Shown here piece after piece: positions 28,985 through 38,679 of a DNA stretch of 64,000 nt (within the stretch, counting starts at the first letter, position 1; each line of letters starts with the position of its first letter). The notes under the pieces were generated by a model. That model had not been told where the DNA came from, searched no databases, and saw only the letters and a program-made list of their open reading frames with translations. Where the stretch lies: positions 6,372 through 70,371 of the IMG/VR virus record IMGVR_UViG_3300020045_008142. One strand, written 5' to 3'. Source of the DNA: a virus. Its lineage: Duplodnaviria; Caudoviricetes. A program made the translations under genes and the position numbers.

Positions 28985-30033
28985 GGTAGTTCCCAGCCCA
29001 GTATTCGCACTGCACCCGTTGATGTGGCGATAACAACGGCAATAGATAGTGATTCAAGCCCAAAGGTAAACGGCGTATTAATTGTTACATATTGCGCTCC
29101 CCATGTTGATGCTATCCATAGCACGTTAGAGACTGGCGGCGGGTTAGTGCTTTGCAAGCCCGAATATTGATTGCTGGGTGCGGCAACAACATAAGATGAC
29201 ATAACGCCAGTTTCATCGGTACTACCGACTAATGTGCCACTCACAGAAATAGCAGTAGGTGGCAAAATACCAGCCAGCGATACAGTGGCATACGTTGGGG
29301 TCAATAAATGCCATGTGCCAGTAACACCGCTACACGCAAGCGGTAAATTAGGCGTATTACTACCAATAATTACCCGTGGCTGCACTTTTTTACCATGCTG
29401 TAAAAACCCCAGCGGGTATTTATTCCCTGTACCATCGGTTTTAATCCACCCAACCAGCGCAAAATGCGTGTACCCAGTCGGTAAAGTGGGAGCAGCTCCA
29501 GATAGCGATATTAAACTAGATACCCCGTTAATAGTCGGATTAAAAATAACGTAAATTGCATAATGCTGGTTAGCTGATAACGTGCCAGTATCTAATCCAC
29601 TAATGCCAACTATCGCCGTATTACAGACTAAAACACTATTACTAATCAAAGTGGACGCATTGCCGTTTTTTACAATCAGCTCATCATAGCTAATATTTAC
29701 ACTACTACTTGCACCACCTGTTGAAATAACAAGGTTTTTAGCCTGCCCTGAAACAGCGGGAATACTGCCTGCCAATGCGAAAGCGGAGGCGTGTAAGCCG
29801 TCCACGGTATCAGCATCAAAATTATTACCATGGCCCTGAATAATATCCCCAATTGCCGCCGTTAATTCAGTAATCCGCGCCTTTAGCCATTTGGTGCGAT
29901 TAGCCAGTGCGGCAGGGGCTTTGTTCATGTTAGCGGTTTCATCACCGCCCAACAGCTCACTATCGGTTGTTTCACCCGTGGGGAATAGGTAAACCCCTGT
30001 ATCAAAATTTTCAACTTCTGTGATGTTAGCCAT
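28981..30033 (-). CDS. tail fibre protein
   Basis: N-terminal ANMNKAPAALANRTKWLK baseplate anchor; DADTVDGLHAS; follows the baseplate genes. Confidence 0.75.
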   Translation of the reverse strand: MANITEVENFDTGVYLFPTGETTDSELLGGDETANMNKAPAALANRTKWLKARITELTAAIGDIIQGHGNNFDADTVDGLHASAFALAGSIPAVSGQAKNLVISTGGASSSVNISYDELIVKNGNASTLISNSVLVCNTAIVGISGLDTGTLSANQHYAIYVIFNPTINGVSSLISLSGAAPTLPTGYTHFALVGWIKTDGTGNKYPLGFLQHGKKVQPRVIIGSNTPNLPLACSGVTGTWHLLTPTYATVSLAGILPPTAISVSGTLVGSTDETGVMSSYVVAAPSNQYSGLQSTNPPPVSNVLWIASTWGAQYVTINTPFTFGLESLSIAVVIATSTGAVRILGWELP

Positions 30034-30038
30034 AAATC

Positions 30039-30488
30039 CTACGCATTAAATATAATTGTCCAAGTGCCGCGTAATGAAATACTGTTTGTTTTCATTAGCG
30101 GTGTTCTGTTTTTTCGTGAAAATAGCGTGTTGTTTCCAGACAATAAGCCGAACTCAGCGATATTCATGCCGATAGCGTCCGTTGGGTCGAATCTGAAATG
30201 AAACCTTACGCTTGAGCTGGTCGGATAACTAACCTCGTAAATAGGCACGGTAACGCCACTTGTTAATGCGCTATCGGCAGTGCTAGGGGCGGTTGCATTT
30301 GTACCTACACCAACCTTACTAATTGCCCACAATAACGGATCAGCTCCGCCCGCTGTTTTTGCCTGAATAATTCGACTGTTCAGCACAATTAAATTGCGTT
30401 CATCGAATACTTCAATTAGCTGTTCATTGTCGTAAATTTGATACTGCAATATGCCTATCGGGGCATTAACCGATTCTGTAATATTCAC
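30039..30488 (-). CDS. baseplate-associated structural protein
   Basis: ISKVGVGT...IAEFGLLS...LFSRK...ISLRGTWTI pattern found before tail fibre genes. Confidence 0.6.
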   Translation of the reverse strand: MNITESVNAPIGILQYQIYDNEQLIEVFDERNLIVLNSRIIQAKTAGGADPLLWAISKVGVGTNATAPSTADSALTSGVTVPIYEVSYPTSSSVRFHFRFDPTDAIGMNIAEFGLLSGNNTLFSRKNRTPLMKTNSISLRGTWTIIFNA

Positions 30489-31582
30489 AATGACTCGACT
30501 GTAAGTGATGATGACGCATAAATCGCGCCGTTTGCATGATAAATACCGTTGGCATAGTGCTGTGTTTCGATAGTTAAAACCAACGAATCTGATACCGTGC
30601 CAATATCGGTAATGTGTGACGCTGCGTGAATAGCCCCGTTTGCATGATAAATACCGTTGGCGTAGTGATGTACAATCAAATCAGACACAAAACCATCGGA
30701 GTGCGGCATATAAACATTGTCTACTGTATCGCCACCTGATAATTCAACCTCAAAGCGTGTACCCGCTGATTTAAAGATATTAACAAAAGCGGTTAATCGC
30801 TCGAAAAAGTCATCTAATATTGAATCGCTGAAAATATCAAATACAACAGGATATTTAAACCATGTTGGATTTAATTCGCTATCAATCATTTCTAATTCTA
30901 AGCCAAACTTTTCAAATATTAATATTTCTAATGCAACATTATTACTTTTCGCCCTAATAGTTTCGTAAATAATCCGCGCCCTATAAACATCATCGGTTTC
31001 ATAGCCTGATAATCCACTGCCTAATATCCAATAATTCAAGCTATCAACTATTATTCTTCCTGTACTATCAAATATTTCATTACGCGCTCTTTTGCGTGGA
31101 ATACCGAAGTATTCGCCATAATAATCAAGCCAGTTGCTTTGTGACGAATGAAAATAAAGTTGTTTAAGCATTTCAACAATATCAGCCTTTGCAGTTTCCA
31201 AAACGATTGAAAACATATCAAGGATGACAAATAGCATTGAGCGATAAACGGGTATGGTATGCTCAAATAGCCCTGTAGACGCATCAAATAGACGCACGGA
31301 TTCTAATAATACCTGTGCAGGGTAATTACTATAATCCGTTGAAATAACTGTATCAGGGAATAATGGCGTTAATTGATTAAATACGTTATTAATTGTTAAG
31401 CCAGTCAAACTAATATTAATTACTTCGACATTATCCATCGTGGCAATTAAAAAACTGCCATTTACTTCAAATTGAAGCGTTGCGTTAGCGTGATTAATTA
31501 TTATCGCTGGTTTATCATCGGGGCTTAAATTAAAGCCATCATGAATATAACCTAATAGCTTTCTAAGTAAACGCATAAACAC
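30485..31582 (-). CDS. baseplate wedge protein (P2 gpI-like)
   Basis: WLDYYGEYFGIPRKR...ETDDVYRARI...KSAGT; follows baseplate J. Confidence 0.65.
   Translation of the reverse strand: MFMRLLRKLLGYIHDGFNLSPDDKPAIIINHANATLQFEVNGSFLIATMDNVEVINISLTGLTINNVFNQLTPLFPDTVISTDYSNYPAQVLLESVRLFDASTGLFEHTIPVYRSMLFVILDMFSIVLETAKADIVEMLKQLYFHSSQSNWLDYYGEYFGIPRKRARNEIFDSTGRIIVDSLNYWILGSGLSGYETDDVYRARIIYETIRAKSNNVALEILIFEKFGLELEMIDSELNPTWFKYPVVFDIFSDSILDDFFERLTAFVNIFKSAGTRFEVELSGGDTVDNVYMPHSDGFVSDLIVHHYANGIYHANGAIHAASHITDIGTVSDSLVLTIETQHYANGIYHANGAIYASSSLTVESL
30528..30667. repeat. 32-bp direct repeat (1 mismatch) encoding HYANGIYHANG twice
   Basis: Copies at 30528-30559 and 30636-30667. Confidence 0.85.
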
Positions 31583-32666
31583 CTTTAACGGCTTTACGGT
31601 TTCTATCTATGACAATATCATCGGCGGGTGATGTTATGGTGAAATTAAACACGTTAGGCACGCTCATAACAGCGGCGATAATCTCAGCAAGGATAATTGG
31701 ATTGCCAATTGCCACGCTGTCAATGTAGGCGGTAATAGCATCACTCACTAACGCTAAAACCACGCTTCTGTCTGAGTCGGGCAATAACTCAACAACCGCT
31801 GAAATATTAATTGCTATGTTGGTGGCTGATTCAACCACTACCCGCACACCAGCGGCTTTATAACCTGCAATCTTTGCCCCGTTAATATTGGTATAGCCAT
31901 ATAGGATTTTATTCGCTTCGGCGATTAATTCAGGCGATGCCCCGTTCACGCCGTTGTACAGATAACAGTTGACCACGCCGATAGGGGCTAATGGATCGAT
32001 TAAAAACCATTCAACAACACTGGCTTGTTTAACTTGCTCGATAACAATACCGTTACCATCCACCAACTTAACCGTACTTAGTGCGTACTCTAGCCCTGCG
32101 ATAGTGCTACGCGCTAGGTTCATGACGTAAGAGGTAAACCGTTGCTTGCGTAACTCGCTCGATTCTTCACCACTGCCAAAGGTAAAATTAGGCTGTGCGA
32201 TTGCCGATACTAAACGAACTACGTTAGCGGTGAATGGCGTACCATCGGGAATGACTTTACCAAGCCCTACCAGCGTATCAGTTACCAGCACTTCTGCACT
32301 GGTTTGATTGAGCGCGATAGTTACCTCATTAACACTTTTAAAAGTAGCATCTAAGTCGTTGGCAATAAACGCGGTATTTGCTGGAATGGTGAACGCTGCA
32401 CCTGCGGTAATGGTTAGCGTTATCATGCCCTGACCAGAAGTAGGCTGTAATCGCTCGAAGCCAAACGCCTGATAAAGTGCAACGGGTATGCCCTCTTTCA
32501 AGCCTAGCCACATTTGTTGATACAGTTCTTCAATCTCAACGGCAGGGGCTTCAATCACGGTTCGCATGACTGAACCGATAGTAAAATCAGTTATTCTGTC
32601 TTGCGTAGACGTGGCATAATTTATCATTGATGCCGCTATGGAATTGAAGTCCTTAATTTGGAACAT
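31563..32666 (-). CDS. baseplate J/gp47 family protein
   Basis: MFQIKDFNSIAASMIN...TDFTIGSVMRT...EESSELRKQRF...LARST. Confidence 0.85.
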   Translation of the reverse strand: MFQIKDFNSIAASMINYATSTQDRITDFTIGSVMRTVIEAPAVEIEELYQQMWLGLKEGIPVALYQAFGFERLQPTSGQGMITLTITAGAAFTIPANTAFIANDLDATFKSVNEVTIALNQTSAEVLVTDTLVGLGKVIPDGTPFTANVVRLVSAIAQPNFTFGSGEESSELRKQRFTSYVMNLARSTIAGLEYALSTVKLVDGNGIVIEQVKQASVVEWFLIDPLAPIGVVNCYLYNGVNGASPELIAEANKILYGYTNINGAKIAGYKAAGVRVVVESATNIAINISAVVELLPDSDRSVVLALVSDAITAYIDSVAIGNPIILAEIIAAVMSVPNVFNFTITSPADDIVIDRNRKAVKGVYAFT

Positions 32667-33271
32667 TACTTACCCTTTAACAGCTTGTAATACTTGTTAA
32701 ATAACGCGATACGATCAGTTAAGCCATTCGTGCCGCCGTTGATACGCTTAGTAATCGCGGTAATGGTTTCGTTTCTACCGCCTTGATCTGCAATGTTAAA
32801 TAACGCCTTGGAGTCAAAAAACCACGCCGCCGATAATAGCGGGTATTTTGTGGCAACTAAATCAGGGTTGATAACAACATTATCATCACTAATAAAAGCA
32901 TCCAGACATTCATAACCTGATTTTCCTGTCAGTTGAATATAACCCCTGCCACGGTATAAAAAACCCGCACCACTTGACTCATCACCATTACCCATACGGT
33001 TTGCATAAACAATATTGGCAATGCGCTCAGGCTTACGCGCACAATCATTGGCTAATTGAGCATTAAAATACTTAGGGAATGTTTTTAGTAGTCCACTTGC
33101 TGAATAGTTTAGGTTTTCACGGATAGCCGTAAAACCTGCGCTTTCATGATGGCACTGGCTTAAAAAGTGAGCTAAGCGCAATTCTGTATTAATGTTGAAT
33201 TTAGCCATTACAGCGGGTAATTCAGTCATTACTTTGTCAGGAATAACGCCCTGTAAATATTGAATATCCAT
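32666..33271 (-). CDS. glycoside hydrolase family 19 endolysin
   Basis: RLAHFLSQCHHESAGF...ENLNYSA...YRGRGYIQLTGK...AAWFF...ITKRINGGTNGLTDR. Confidence 0.9.
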   Translation of the reverse strand: MDIQYLQGVIPDKVMTELPAVMAKFNINTELRLAHFLSQCHHESAGFTAIRENLNYSASGLLKTFPKYFNAQLANDCARKPERIANIVYANRMGNGDESSGAGFLYRGRGYIQLTGKSGYECLDAFISDDNVVINPDLVATKYPLLSAAWFFDSKALFNIADQGGRNETITAITKRINGGTNGLTDRIALFNKYYKLLKGK

Positions 33272-33274
33272 AAT

Positions 33275-33490
33275 TTAAAATGAGAATAATGGTTTAGTTG
33301 TTCCGCAGGTTAAGCAAACATTTTGCCGTTCTTTAATGCGTTGTGACCAAGTGTGTTTACATTCAAAATCAGGGCATTTAACCGCATGACTACCTTGACC
33401 TTGCACCTGTCTTTTATTATGTGCGTACCCTGTCGATTGCTTGCAGTTCGGGCGGTCTTTGCATTTATTATTGGTGCAGAAGAATGTCAT
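33275..33490 (-). CDS. small Cys-rich protein
   Basis: 71 aa, first gene after a late promoter motif. Confidence 0.55.
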   Translation of the reverse strand: MTFFCTNNKCKDRPNCKQSTGYAHNKRQVQGQGSHAVKCPDFECKHTWSQRIKERQNVCLTCGTTKPLFSF

Positions 33491-33524
33491 GTGTGCGTGA
33501 TGGGTGCGTTTGTTTGATGGGGTT

Positions 33525-33539
33525 AGTATGGTGTCACGA
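33525..33539 (-). promoter_or_regulatory. late promoter motif TCGTGACA-C-CATACT
   Basis: Exact motif upstream of the lysin-baseplate block. Confidence 0.75.
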
Positions 33540-33630
33540 CAAAGTAGAGGGAGTATAAAATCATTATCATTTAAAAAAGATTTACTTTTTTATTTGGCAT
33601 TGTTCTAAATTGGTATATCATATTTAACCA

Positions 33631-34368
33631 ATGGAGGTGTTTATGAGTAAAGGCAAGTGGAAAACGCCTAAGCCTGATAAAAAGGTTCAGGTGGGCGGTA
33701 AAATGAATCCAGACTTAGCGGTTTGGGTTAAACAAAATGGTGGATTTCCAATGGTCGAAAAGACTGTTGAACTCTATAAAAAATCAATTGAGGATAGTGT
33801 CATGAGTAAATTAACTAAGGTTATTGCAGAACCTAAAACTGCTGAAAACTTAAAAATGACTGTCTTTGCCGATGAAAATGAAATGGCGTTTTTTAAGACA
33901 GACAAATATCTGAAAAACCTACACATCGTTGAAATTGGCAGTATCAAAGATTTTGTCATGAAGTATTCGTTTGACTCTCGCGTACTGCTTAACACTGCAG
34001 TTCTAAGGTGTATGAGATTTGATGAATTGGTCGTAAAAGAGATTGACTCTATCGCTGTGGACTCAGAAGAGCCGTTCGGCGATGAATTTGATGATGTTGT
34101 TGAAATATCATTTGTTAGTGACATGAAATATCTTGATATATTAAAAGAGATTTCTGAGGCAGAGGATTTTGACGGCGATGAATTAAAGAGCATGATAAAA
34201 GGAAATTGCTTTATAAAAATTGAAAGTCACGTTTACCCAAAAGGTGACTTTGAAGACTTTAATGTAATAACCATTACTGCCGACAACGACAACAGAAAGC
34301 TGGTTTTTGAGTTTGATGTTAATGAGGAATCTGGCGATATAGAAGTGATTAAGAGTTACTTCAATTAA
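33631..34368 (+). CDS. acidic hypothetical protein (moron)
   Basis: 245-aa ORF opposite to the flanking late genes, AT-rich upstream region with a possible sigma70 promoter. Confidence 0.7.
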   Translation: MEVFMSKGKWKTPKPDKKVQVGGKMNPDLAVWVKQNGGFPMVEKTVELYKKSIEDSVMSKLTKVIAEPKTAENLKMTVFADENEMAFFKTDKYLKNLHIVEIGSIKDFVMKYSFDSRVLLNTAVLRCMRFDELVVKEIDSIAVDSEEPFGDEFDDVVEISFVSDMKYLDILKEISEAEDFDGDELKSMIKGNCFIKIESHVYPKGDFEDFNVITITADNDNRKLVFEFDVNEESGDIEVIKSYFN

Positions 34369-34388
34369 TTAGCTAAGCACTGAATACG

Positions 34389-35699
34389 CTAGTCATCCCC
34401 TCTCGAATAAATAGACCAGTCTCTAATAGGCTGGTCTTTTTTTATTTCTGGCTTTATATGCCACCCTCCAGTCTGTACGGCATATCTAAACTCATCATCC
34501 ATTAGAGCGTCTTCATCCGCTGGGTTCTGTTCCATCCACGCATCAATACTTTTTTGTTCTTCGCTTGTTGGTTCACGCATTATTTCTTTTAAATGCGCGT
34601 CTCGCTTTTCACGGCTTGTAATAGACCGATCCGCTTTTGCATCATTTACCATTTTTTGAGCAACATCAGCGTATTCTTTAGGAACGCGCATCGTTTTTGC
34701 TTTGCCGTCATAAACCGCGCCGAACTTTTCTTCAAGCTCGTCCTTAACCGCGTATGTATTGCCAGTTAGCGGGTGCATTAAAGACATTTTAGCCTCCCAA
34801 TTAGCTTTACTCCTCGCCTTTTCTTCGATATGTGGAATTTTATCTTGCAACCAAGTATTAAGCTTTTGACCGCTTAACTTGCCAACCGTCCACTCTTTTG
34901 TTGTGCCATCCCACTTTGCACTTGAAAACTGTTTTTTAAACTTGTCTTTTAAATCAAACGGGATTTTTACACCGAAAGTACCATCTGCACGATGATTAAT
35001 CATTGGGTGCAACGGTGCGTTTTTATCAGCTAATTCTTTAGCTTTTTTTGCCTGTTTCTTAGCTATAGCTTCGGCGGCTTCCCTATCGTTTTCCGCTTTA
35101 AATTTTGCCAGCATTTCTTGGCGTTCTTTATCCTTACTTTGCTGAGGCTGTGTAGGCTTATTCATAGTCTGCCTAGGCTTACTACTAAACCGCTCTCCGA
35201 CTTTATTAACATAATGAGCATGAGCTTTATCGCTATCATCGGTAAGCTTACTAGACCCCTGCACAAAGCCCTCTTTCATTTTGCCAATTTCATTAGTAAT
35301 CAGTTCAGCTCTAGCCAGCATCTTTTCATGACGCATAATCGAGACTTTGAGTTTGATTATCTTGTTATGCGTAATTGTTACAGACTTCTTGTCGCCCTTA
35401 GCTTCATGACCTTCTGCACTTCTTTCGAGTGTTGCCAGTAGTTGCTTTTCAGTGTCGAGTTTACGCTTTAGCGCATGGGCTTCGTAGTGATTAGCCGCGT
35501 GTTGCTCGTGGTGCATATTCTGGAACTTAACCTTATCCACGTCCGACAAGTGGCTAACATCATGATTATGATCGGGTGCGTGTTGGGCGATTTTCTTCAC
35601 GCGTTTATCATAATACGCCGCAATGTTTGTGGTCGTTCCGTCTTTGTTCTTTCTGGTGTGCGCTGCGACAAATGACTTACTTAGAATTATTACTTTCAT
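34389..35699 (-). CDS. leader-family protein: His-rich leader plus two small KDxL...A(W/Y)DG domains
   Basis: First 171 aa align without gaps to the 40797 protein; cargo FDLKDKFKKQFSSAKWDG and GNTYAVKDELEEKFGAVYDG. Confidence 0.75.
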   Translation of the reverse strand: MKVIILSKSFVAAHTRKNKDGTTTNIAAYYDKRVKKIAQHAPDHNHDVSHLSDVDKVKFQNMHHEQHAANHYEAHALKRKLDTEKQLLATLERSAEGHEAKGDKKSVTITHNKIIKLKVSIMRHEKMLARAELITNEIGKMKEGFVQGSSKLTDDSDKAHAHYVNKVGERFSSKPRQTMNKPTQPQQSKDKERQEMLAKFKAENDREAAEAIAKKQAKKAKELADKNAPLHPMINHRADGTFGVKIPFDLKDKFKKQFSSAKWDGTTKEWTVGKLSGQKLNTWLQDKIPHIEEKARSKANWEAKMSLMHPLTGNTYAVKDELEEKFGAVYDGKAKTMRVPKEYADVAQKMVNDAKADRSITSREKRDAHLKEIMREPTSEEQKSIDAWMEQNPADEDALMDDEFRYAVQTGGWHIKPEIKKDQPIRDWSIYSRGDD

Positions 35700-35708
35700 A
35701 TTGACCTT

Positions 35709-36287
35709 TTAAATAACCTTCTCAAAAACAATCGCCTCACCATAAACAGGCGAAACCACGGCTTTAACGTAGATTTTTTCACCTGTCACAGTAGCTTGAA
35801 TATCATCCACCGACTTTGCCCGTGGGTCTTCTAATAACGCGGATTTAGTGTAAAACGCGGCTAATACCCCCAGTGATTCAGTATTGACATGACCAATAAG
35901 CGTATAAGCCCAACTGCCATAATCAGGGTGGAATAACAGGGATTTTTTAGACGTGACGGTGCGTAAGGATAACGCCTGTTTTAAGTTATCTTCCTGTGAC
36001 ACCGTGGTTAAATCGACACCATCAGCAACGATAAAGCCATCAATATCAAGCCCAATGTCGGTTAAAAAAGTATCGTTATCTTTCGAGAGTGGATCGGCTT
36101 GGAAAATGGGCAGTAAAATTCTACCGCCGAAACCAATAACACCCTCACTGGCAACTTTATCAATGTAAGGCGGTTTTAAGTCATTGAGTACCGCTATCTC
36201 AGTCCAACGCGCCGCTGTACCTAGGTGGCGTGATGATATGAGTTGTAAAGTATCATCGTTGTTTACGTTGACGGTACGCCAGCCCAT
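35709..36287 (-). CDS. LysM-like plus gp25/gpW-like baseplate wedge protein
   Basis: DDTLQLISSRHLG...WTEIAVLNDLKPPY then NLKQAL...LLFHPDYGS. Confidence 0.7.
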   Translation of the reverse strand: MGWRTVNVNNDDTLQLISSRHLGTAARWTEIAVLNDLKPPYIDKVASEGVIGFGGRILLPIFQADPLSKDNDTFLTDIGLDIDGFIVADGVDLTTVSQEDNLKQALSLRTVTSKKSLLFHPDYGSWAYTLIGHVNTESLGVLAAFYTKSALLEDPRAKSVDDIQATVTGEKIYVKAVVSPVYGEAIVFEKVI

Positions 36288-36880
36288 TATTTAACGCCTT
36301 TTGATGGTTGAACTCTATCCTGTCCATTGTATTGACCACGCACCGCATAGCTTTTATTCATTGGCACAGGGCTATGCTTGAAAAACTTAACCTGTCCGAT
36401 TTTCATACCTTCGGATAAAATTAGTTTGTGAAATTGGGTGTTGTTTTTTAGCTCTAAAGTAACTTTTCCGTTAAAGCATGGGTCGCACCAACCAGCTAAT
36501 TCATGCCCTAAAAAATTACGCCCTAGACTTGATTTAAGTGAGTATTCAGCACTTAACCAACTTGGCATATTTAAAGTTTCAAAGGTACTGGCAAGTAGCA
36601 CAGTATCAGGCATCATGTACCCTTTACCATCTAACTCAAACGGCTTAGTGAGCTTAATGCTTTCGCCTTTCGCTAAATCAACTTTATCCATGCCTCCGCT
36701 TATTAAATCTTCAACGCAGATAAATTTATCCAGTGTGACATCAATGCTAGTACCATTGACATTAGCAATAGGCGCATCAATAACACCCAAATCAATCAAC
36801 ACGCACAAGTCGTTATAGCTCAATAATCCATTAGGAATAAACCAGCGCGGGTATTTTCGTTTTAGCCAGTTAATCATCAC
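36287..36880 (-). CDS. dcd: dCTP deaminase
   Basis: NGTSIDVTL...LKSSLGR...AGWCDPCFNG...TLEL...GMKIGQ...YNGQ. Confidence 0.85.
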   Translation of the reverse strand: MMINWLKRKYPRWFIPNGLLSYNDLCVLIDLGVIDAPIANVNGTSIDVTLDKFICVEDLISGGMDKVDLAKGESIKLTKPFELDGKGYMMPDTVLLASTFETLNMPSWLSAEYSLKSSLGRNFLGHELAGWCDPCFNGKVTLELKNNTQFHKLILSEGMKIGQVKFFKHSPVPMNKSYAVRGQYNGQDRVQPSKGVK

Positions 36881-38679
36881 GCTACGTCTCCAAACTGGTT
36901 AATTAGGTCGTGTTGTGCGGTTTGTATGCGTTTTATGGCTATGTCGAAAAAGTCTTTTTCTTTCTCTATTCCAATAAACCTAAATCCCTCTGCAATTGCC
37001 GCCTTGCCTGTACTACCACTGCCTGTAAATGGGTCTAAAATAATCCCGTTAGGTGGTGTTATTAATCGGCAAAGGTAGCGCATTAGGTTGTGTGGCTTTA
37101 CGGTTGGATGGTGGTTTTTATTTTCTGGAACGGGTCGTCCTCTCGTGTCATCGCCGCCTGAGTGCGTCCGCTTTGCTATTGTCAACTCCAAACCATCACA
37201 ACCGCTATTCCTGTCTGCTTTACTGGCTTTGGCACAATATAGAAATTGGCTGTGTTCTGACTTTTGTACCACCTTTCCCGCTATGTCCTGTTTGATGTTC
37301 TTTTCTGTGGCATGGCGCACATAACCAAACAATATCGAAAGGCTTTGTGTAGTCGGGATGATGTCTGTGCTTTCCCATACATCCGCAAACGACACAAGGC
37401 TCTGGATTAGGGTAGAGTTTTTGTAGCTTCCAATACAGTCCTGAATAACTTGTAATTCCTCTTTCTTGAAATCCAAGCTCTTTATTCCTACAAGATACAC
37501 CGCAATAAGTGTTCCGCATGAGTCGCACAGGCTCTCCGCAGACCTTACATTTAGGGCGATTTGATTGCCGTGCTTTACCACCACATTCACGCGAGCAATA
37601 AATTCTTTTATTGCTTGGGTAGTCCAGCCATTCTTTTCCGCACAATTTACAAGTATGTTTTTCCATGATGATTCGCCTTTGTTAAATTCAAGGCTAATTA
37701 TATCATTTATACCTGCTTTTGCGTAGTAATCACTGCAAATAAAGCATATTTCATCACTTGGGCAACACTTAAAGAAACGGGATGCGCTGCCGCCGCTGTC
37801 ATTATGTCCAAACGAAACTCTGGGATATTCTTTGCCCTTTGCTACACTAGGCGTTCCACTACAATTCCTAGCATTGGCTTTGCTTGCTTGTGTATCAGGA
37901 AACAAAGCCATAACCTCATCACTACCATCATGAATTAAATTTGCAGGAAATCTGCCCTTGTTTGTATCGGTGTCAGGCGTGGCAACTTGAGAATCTACGC
38001 GCCCCTCTTTTTCACGCCACGCTGAAAAATCCTTTGCGGTTGTGGGAGGTCTTTCAGTACCAACCCGACACCCATCAATATTAATCCCGCCAGTTCCATG
38101 CTTAATAACATTCTTTGCCACCGTCTTTTCAGATAACGGCTTGCGTAATAACAGCCAATTTTCATAAGCTGGTTTTAATGCAGTCCCCCATCCATCCCAC
38201 TGTTTAGCGTTGTCTGTTGCGCTGACTGTTTCAAATGATTCACCTGCCATTGCTCCGTAAGTACCCCGCTCTTTACCGCTTCGTGTATTTATACCAACAA
38301 CCTCACGAACCGCCCCAGCTTCTTTGTCGATTTGCTTACTTATGCTTAGTGATTTTGGAAACCCACTGCCAAAAATGTGAATGATATTATCGCGTAACTC
38401 AAAACCCGCATCCTCACACGCTAACGCCGTCCAGTGTTGCGTCCGTGGCAATGTCCAAACAAGCGCATGACCGCCGTGCTTTAACACTCTATTGCACTCA
38501 GTCATTACCTCAGTCATCCATGCTATCCATTCATCACGCCCGCCCTTGTTTTTATCCCATTCTTTATTCATGAACGCGATACCAGCGGGCGGGTCGGTAA
38601 CAATGCTATCGACTGAATTATCAGCAAGCCCCCGCATAACCTCTAAGCAATCGCCATTAAATAATTGAACTTCCATCAC
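36877..38679 (-). CDS. DNA methyltransferase (N4-C/N6-A type) with a ~177-aa insertion
   Basis: SIVTDPPAG catalytic motif near the N-terminus; HHPTVKP and ILDPFTGSGSTG near the C-terminus; insertion between RFF and YCAKAS. Confidence 0.9.
   Translation of the reverse strand: MMEVQLFNGDCLEVMRGLADNSVDSIVTDPPAGIAFMNKEWDKNKGGRDEWIAWMTEVMTECNRVLKHGGHALVWTLPRTQHWTALACEDAGFELRDNIIHIFGSGFPKSLSISKQIDKEAGAVREVVGINTRSGKERGTYGAMAGESFETVSATDNAKQWDGWGTALKPAYENWLLLRKPLSEKTVAKNVIKHGTGGINIDGCRVGTERPPTTAKDFSAWREKEGRVDSQVATPDTDTNKGRFPANLIHDGSDEVMALFPDTQASKANARNCSGTPSVAKGKEYPRVSFGHNDSGGSASRFFKCCPSDEICFICSDYYAKAGINDIISLEFNKGESSWKNILVNCAEKNGWTTQAIKEFIARVNVVVKHGNQIALNVRSAESLCDSCGTLIAVYLVGIKSLDFKKEELQVIQDCIGSYKNSTLIQSLVSFADVWESTDIIPTTQSLSILFGYVRHATEKNIKQDIAGKVVQKSEHSQFLYCAKASKADRNSGCDGLELTIAKRTHSGGDDTRGRPVPENKNHHPTVKPHNLMRYLCRLITPPNGIILDPFTGSGSTGKAAIAEGFRFIGIEKEKDFFDIAIKRIQTAQHDLINQFGDVA
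37220..37666 (-). CDS. HNH homing endonuclease encoded out of frame inside the methyltransferase
   Basis: Two CxxC...YCSxxC zinc repeats, then CVVCG...HRHHPDYTKPFDIVWLCAPCHRKEH; AAGG upstream of the ATG. Confidence 0.85.
   Translation of the reverse strand: MEKHTCKLCGKEWLDYPSNKRIYCSRECGGKARQSNRPKCKVCGEPVRLMRNTYCGVSCRNKELGFQERGITSYSGLYWKLQKLYPNPEPCVVCGCMGKHRHHPDYTKPFDIVWLCAPCHRKEHQTGHSGKGGTKVRTQPISILCQSQ

Noticed and set aside
30528-30667. Repeat pair at a gene 3' end as a DGR template/variable repeat
   Set aside because: Only 32 bp, one mismatch not at a template adenine, and no reverse transcriptase in the window.
36877-38679. Methyltransferase plus HNH as a restriction-modification system
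   Set aside because: The HNH sits inside a conserved MTase motif and has homing-type zinc repeats; a selfish insert fits better, though this is untested.
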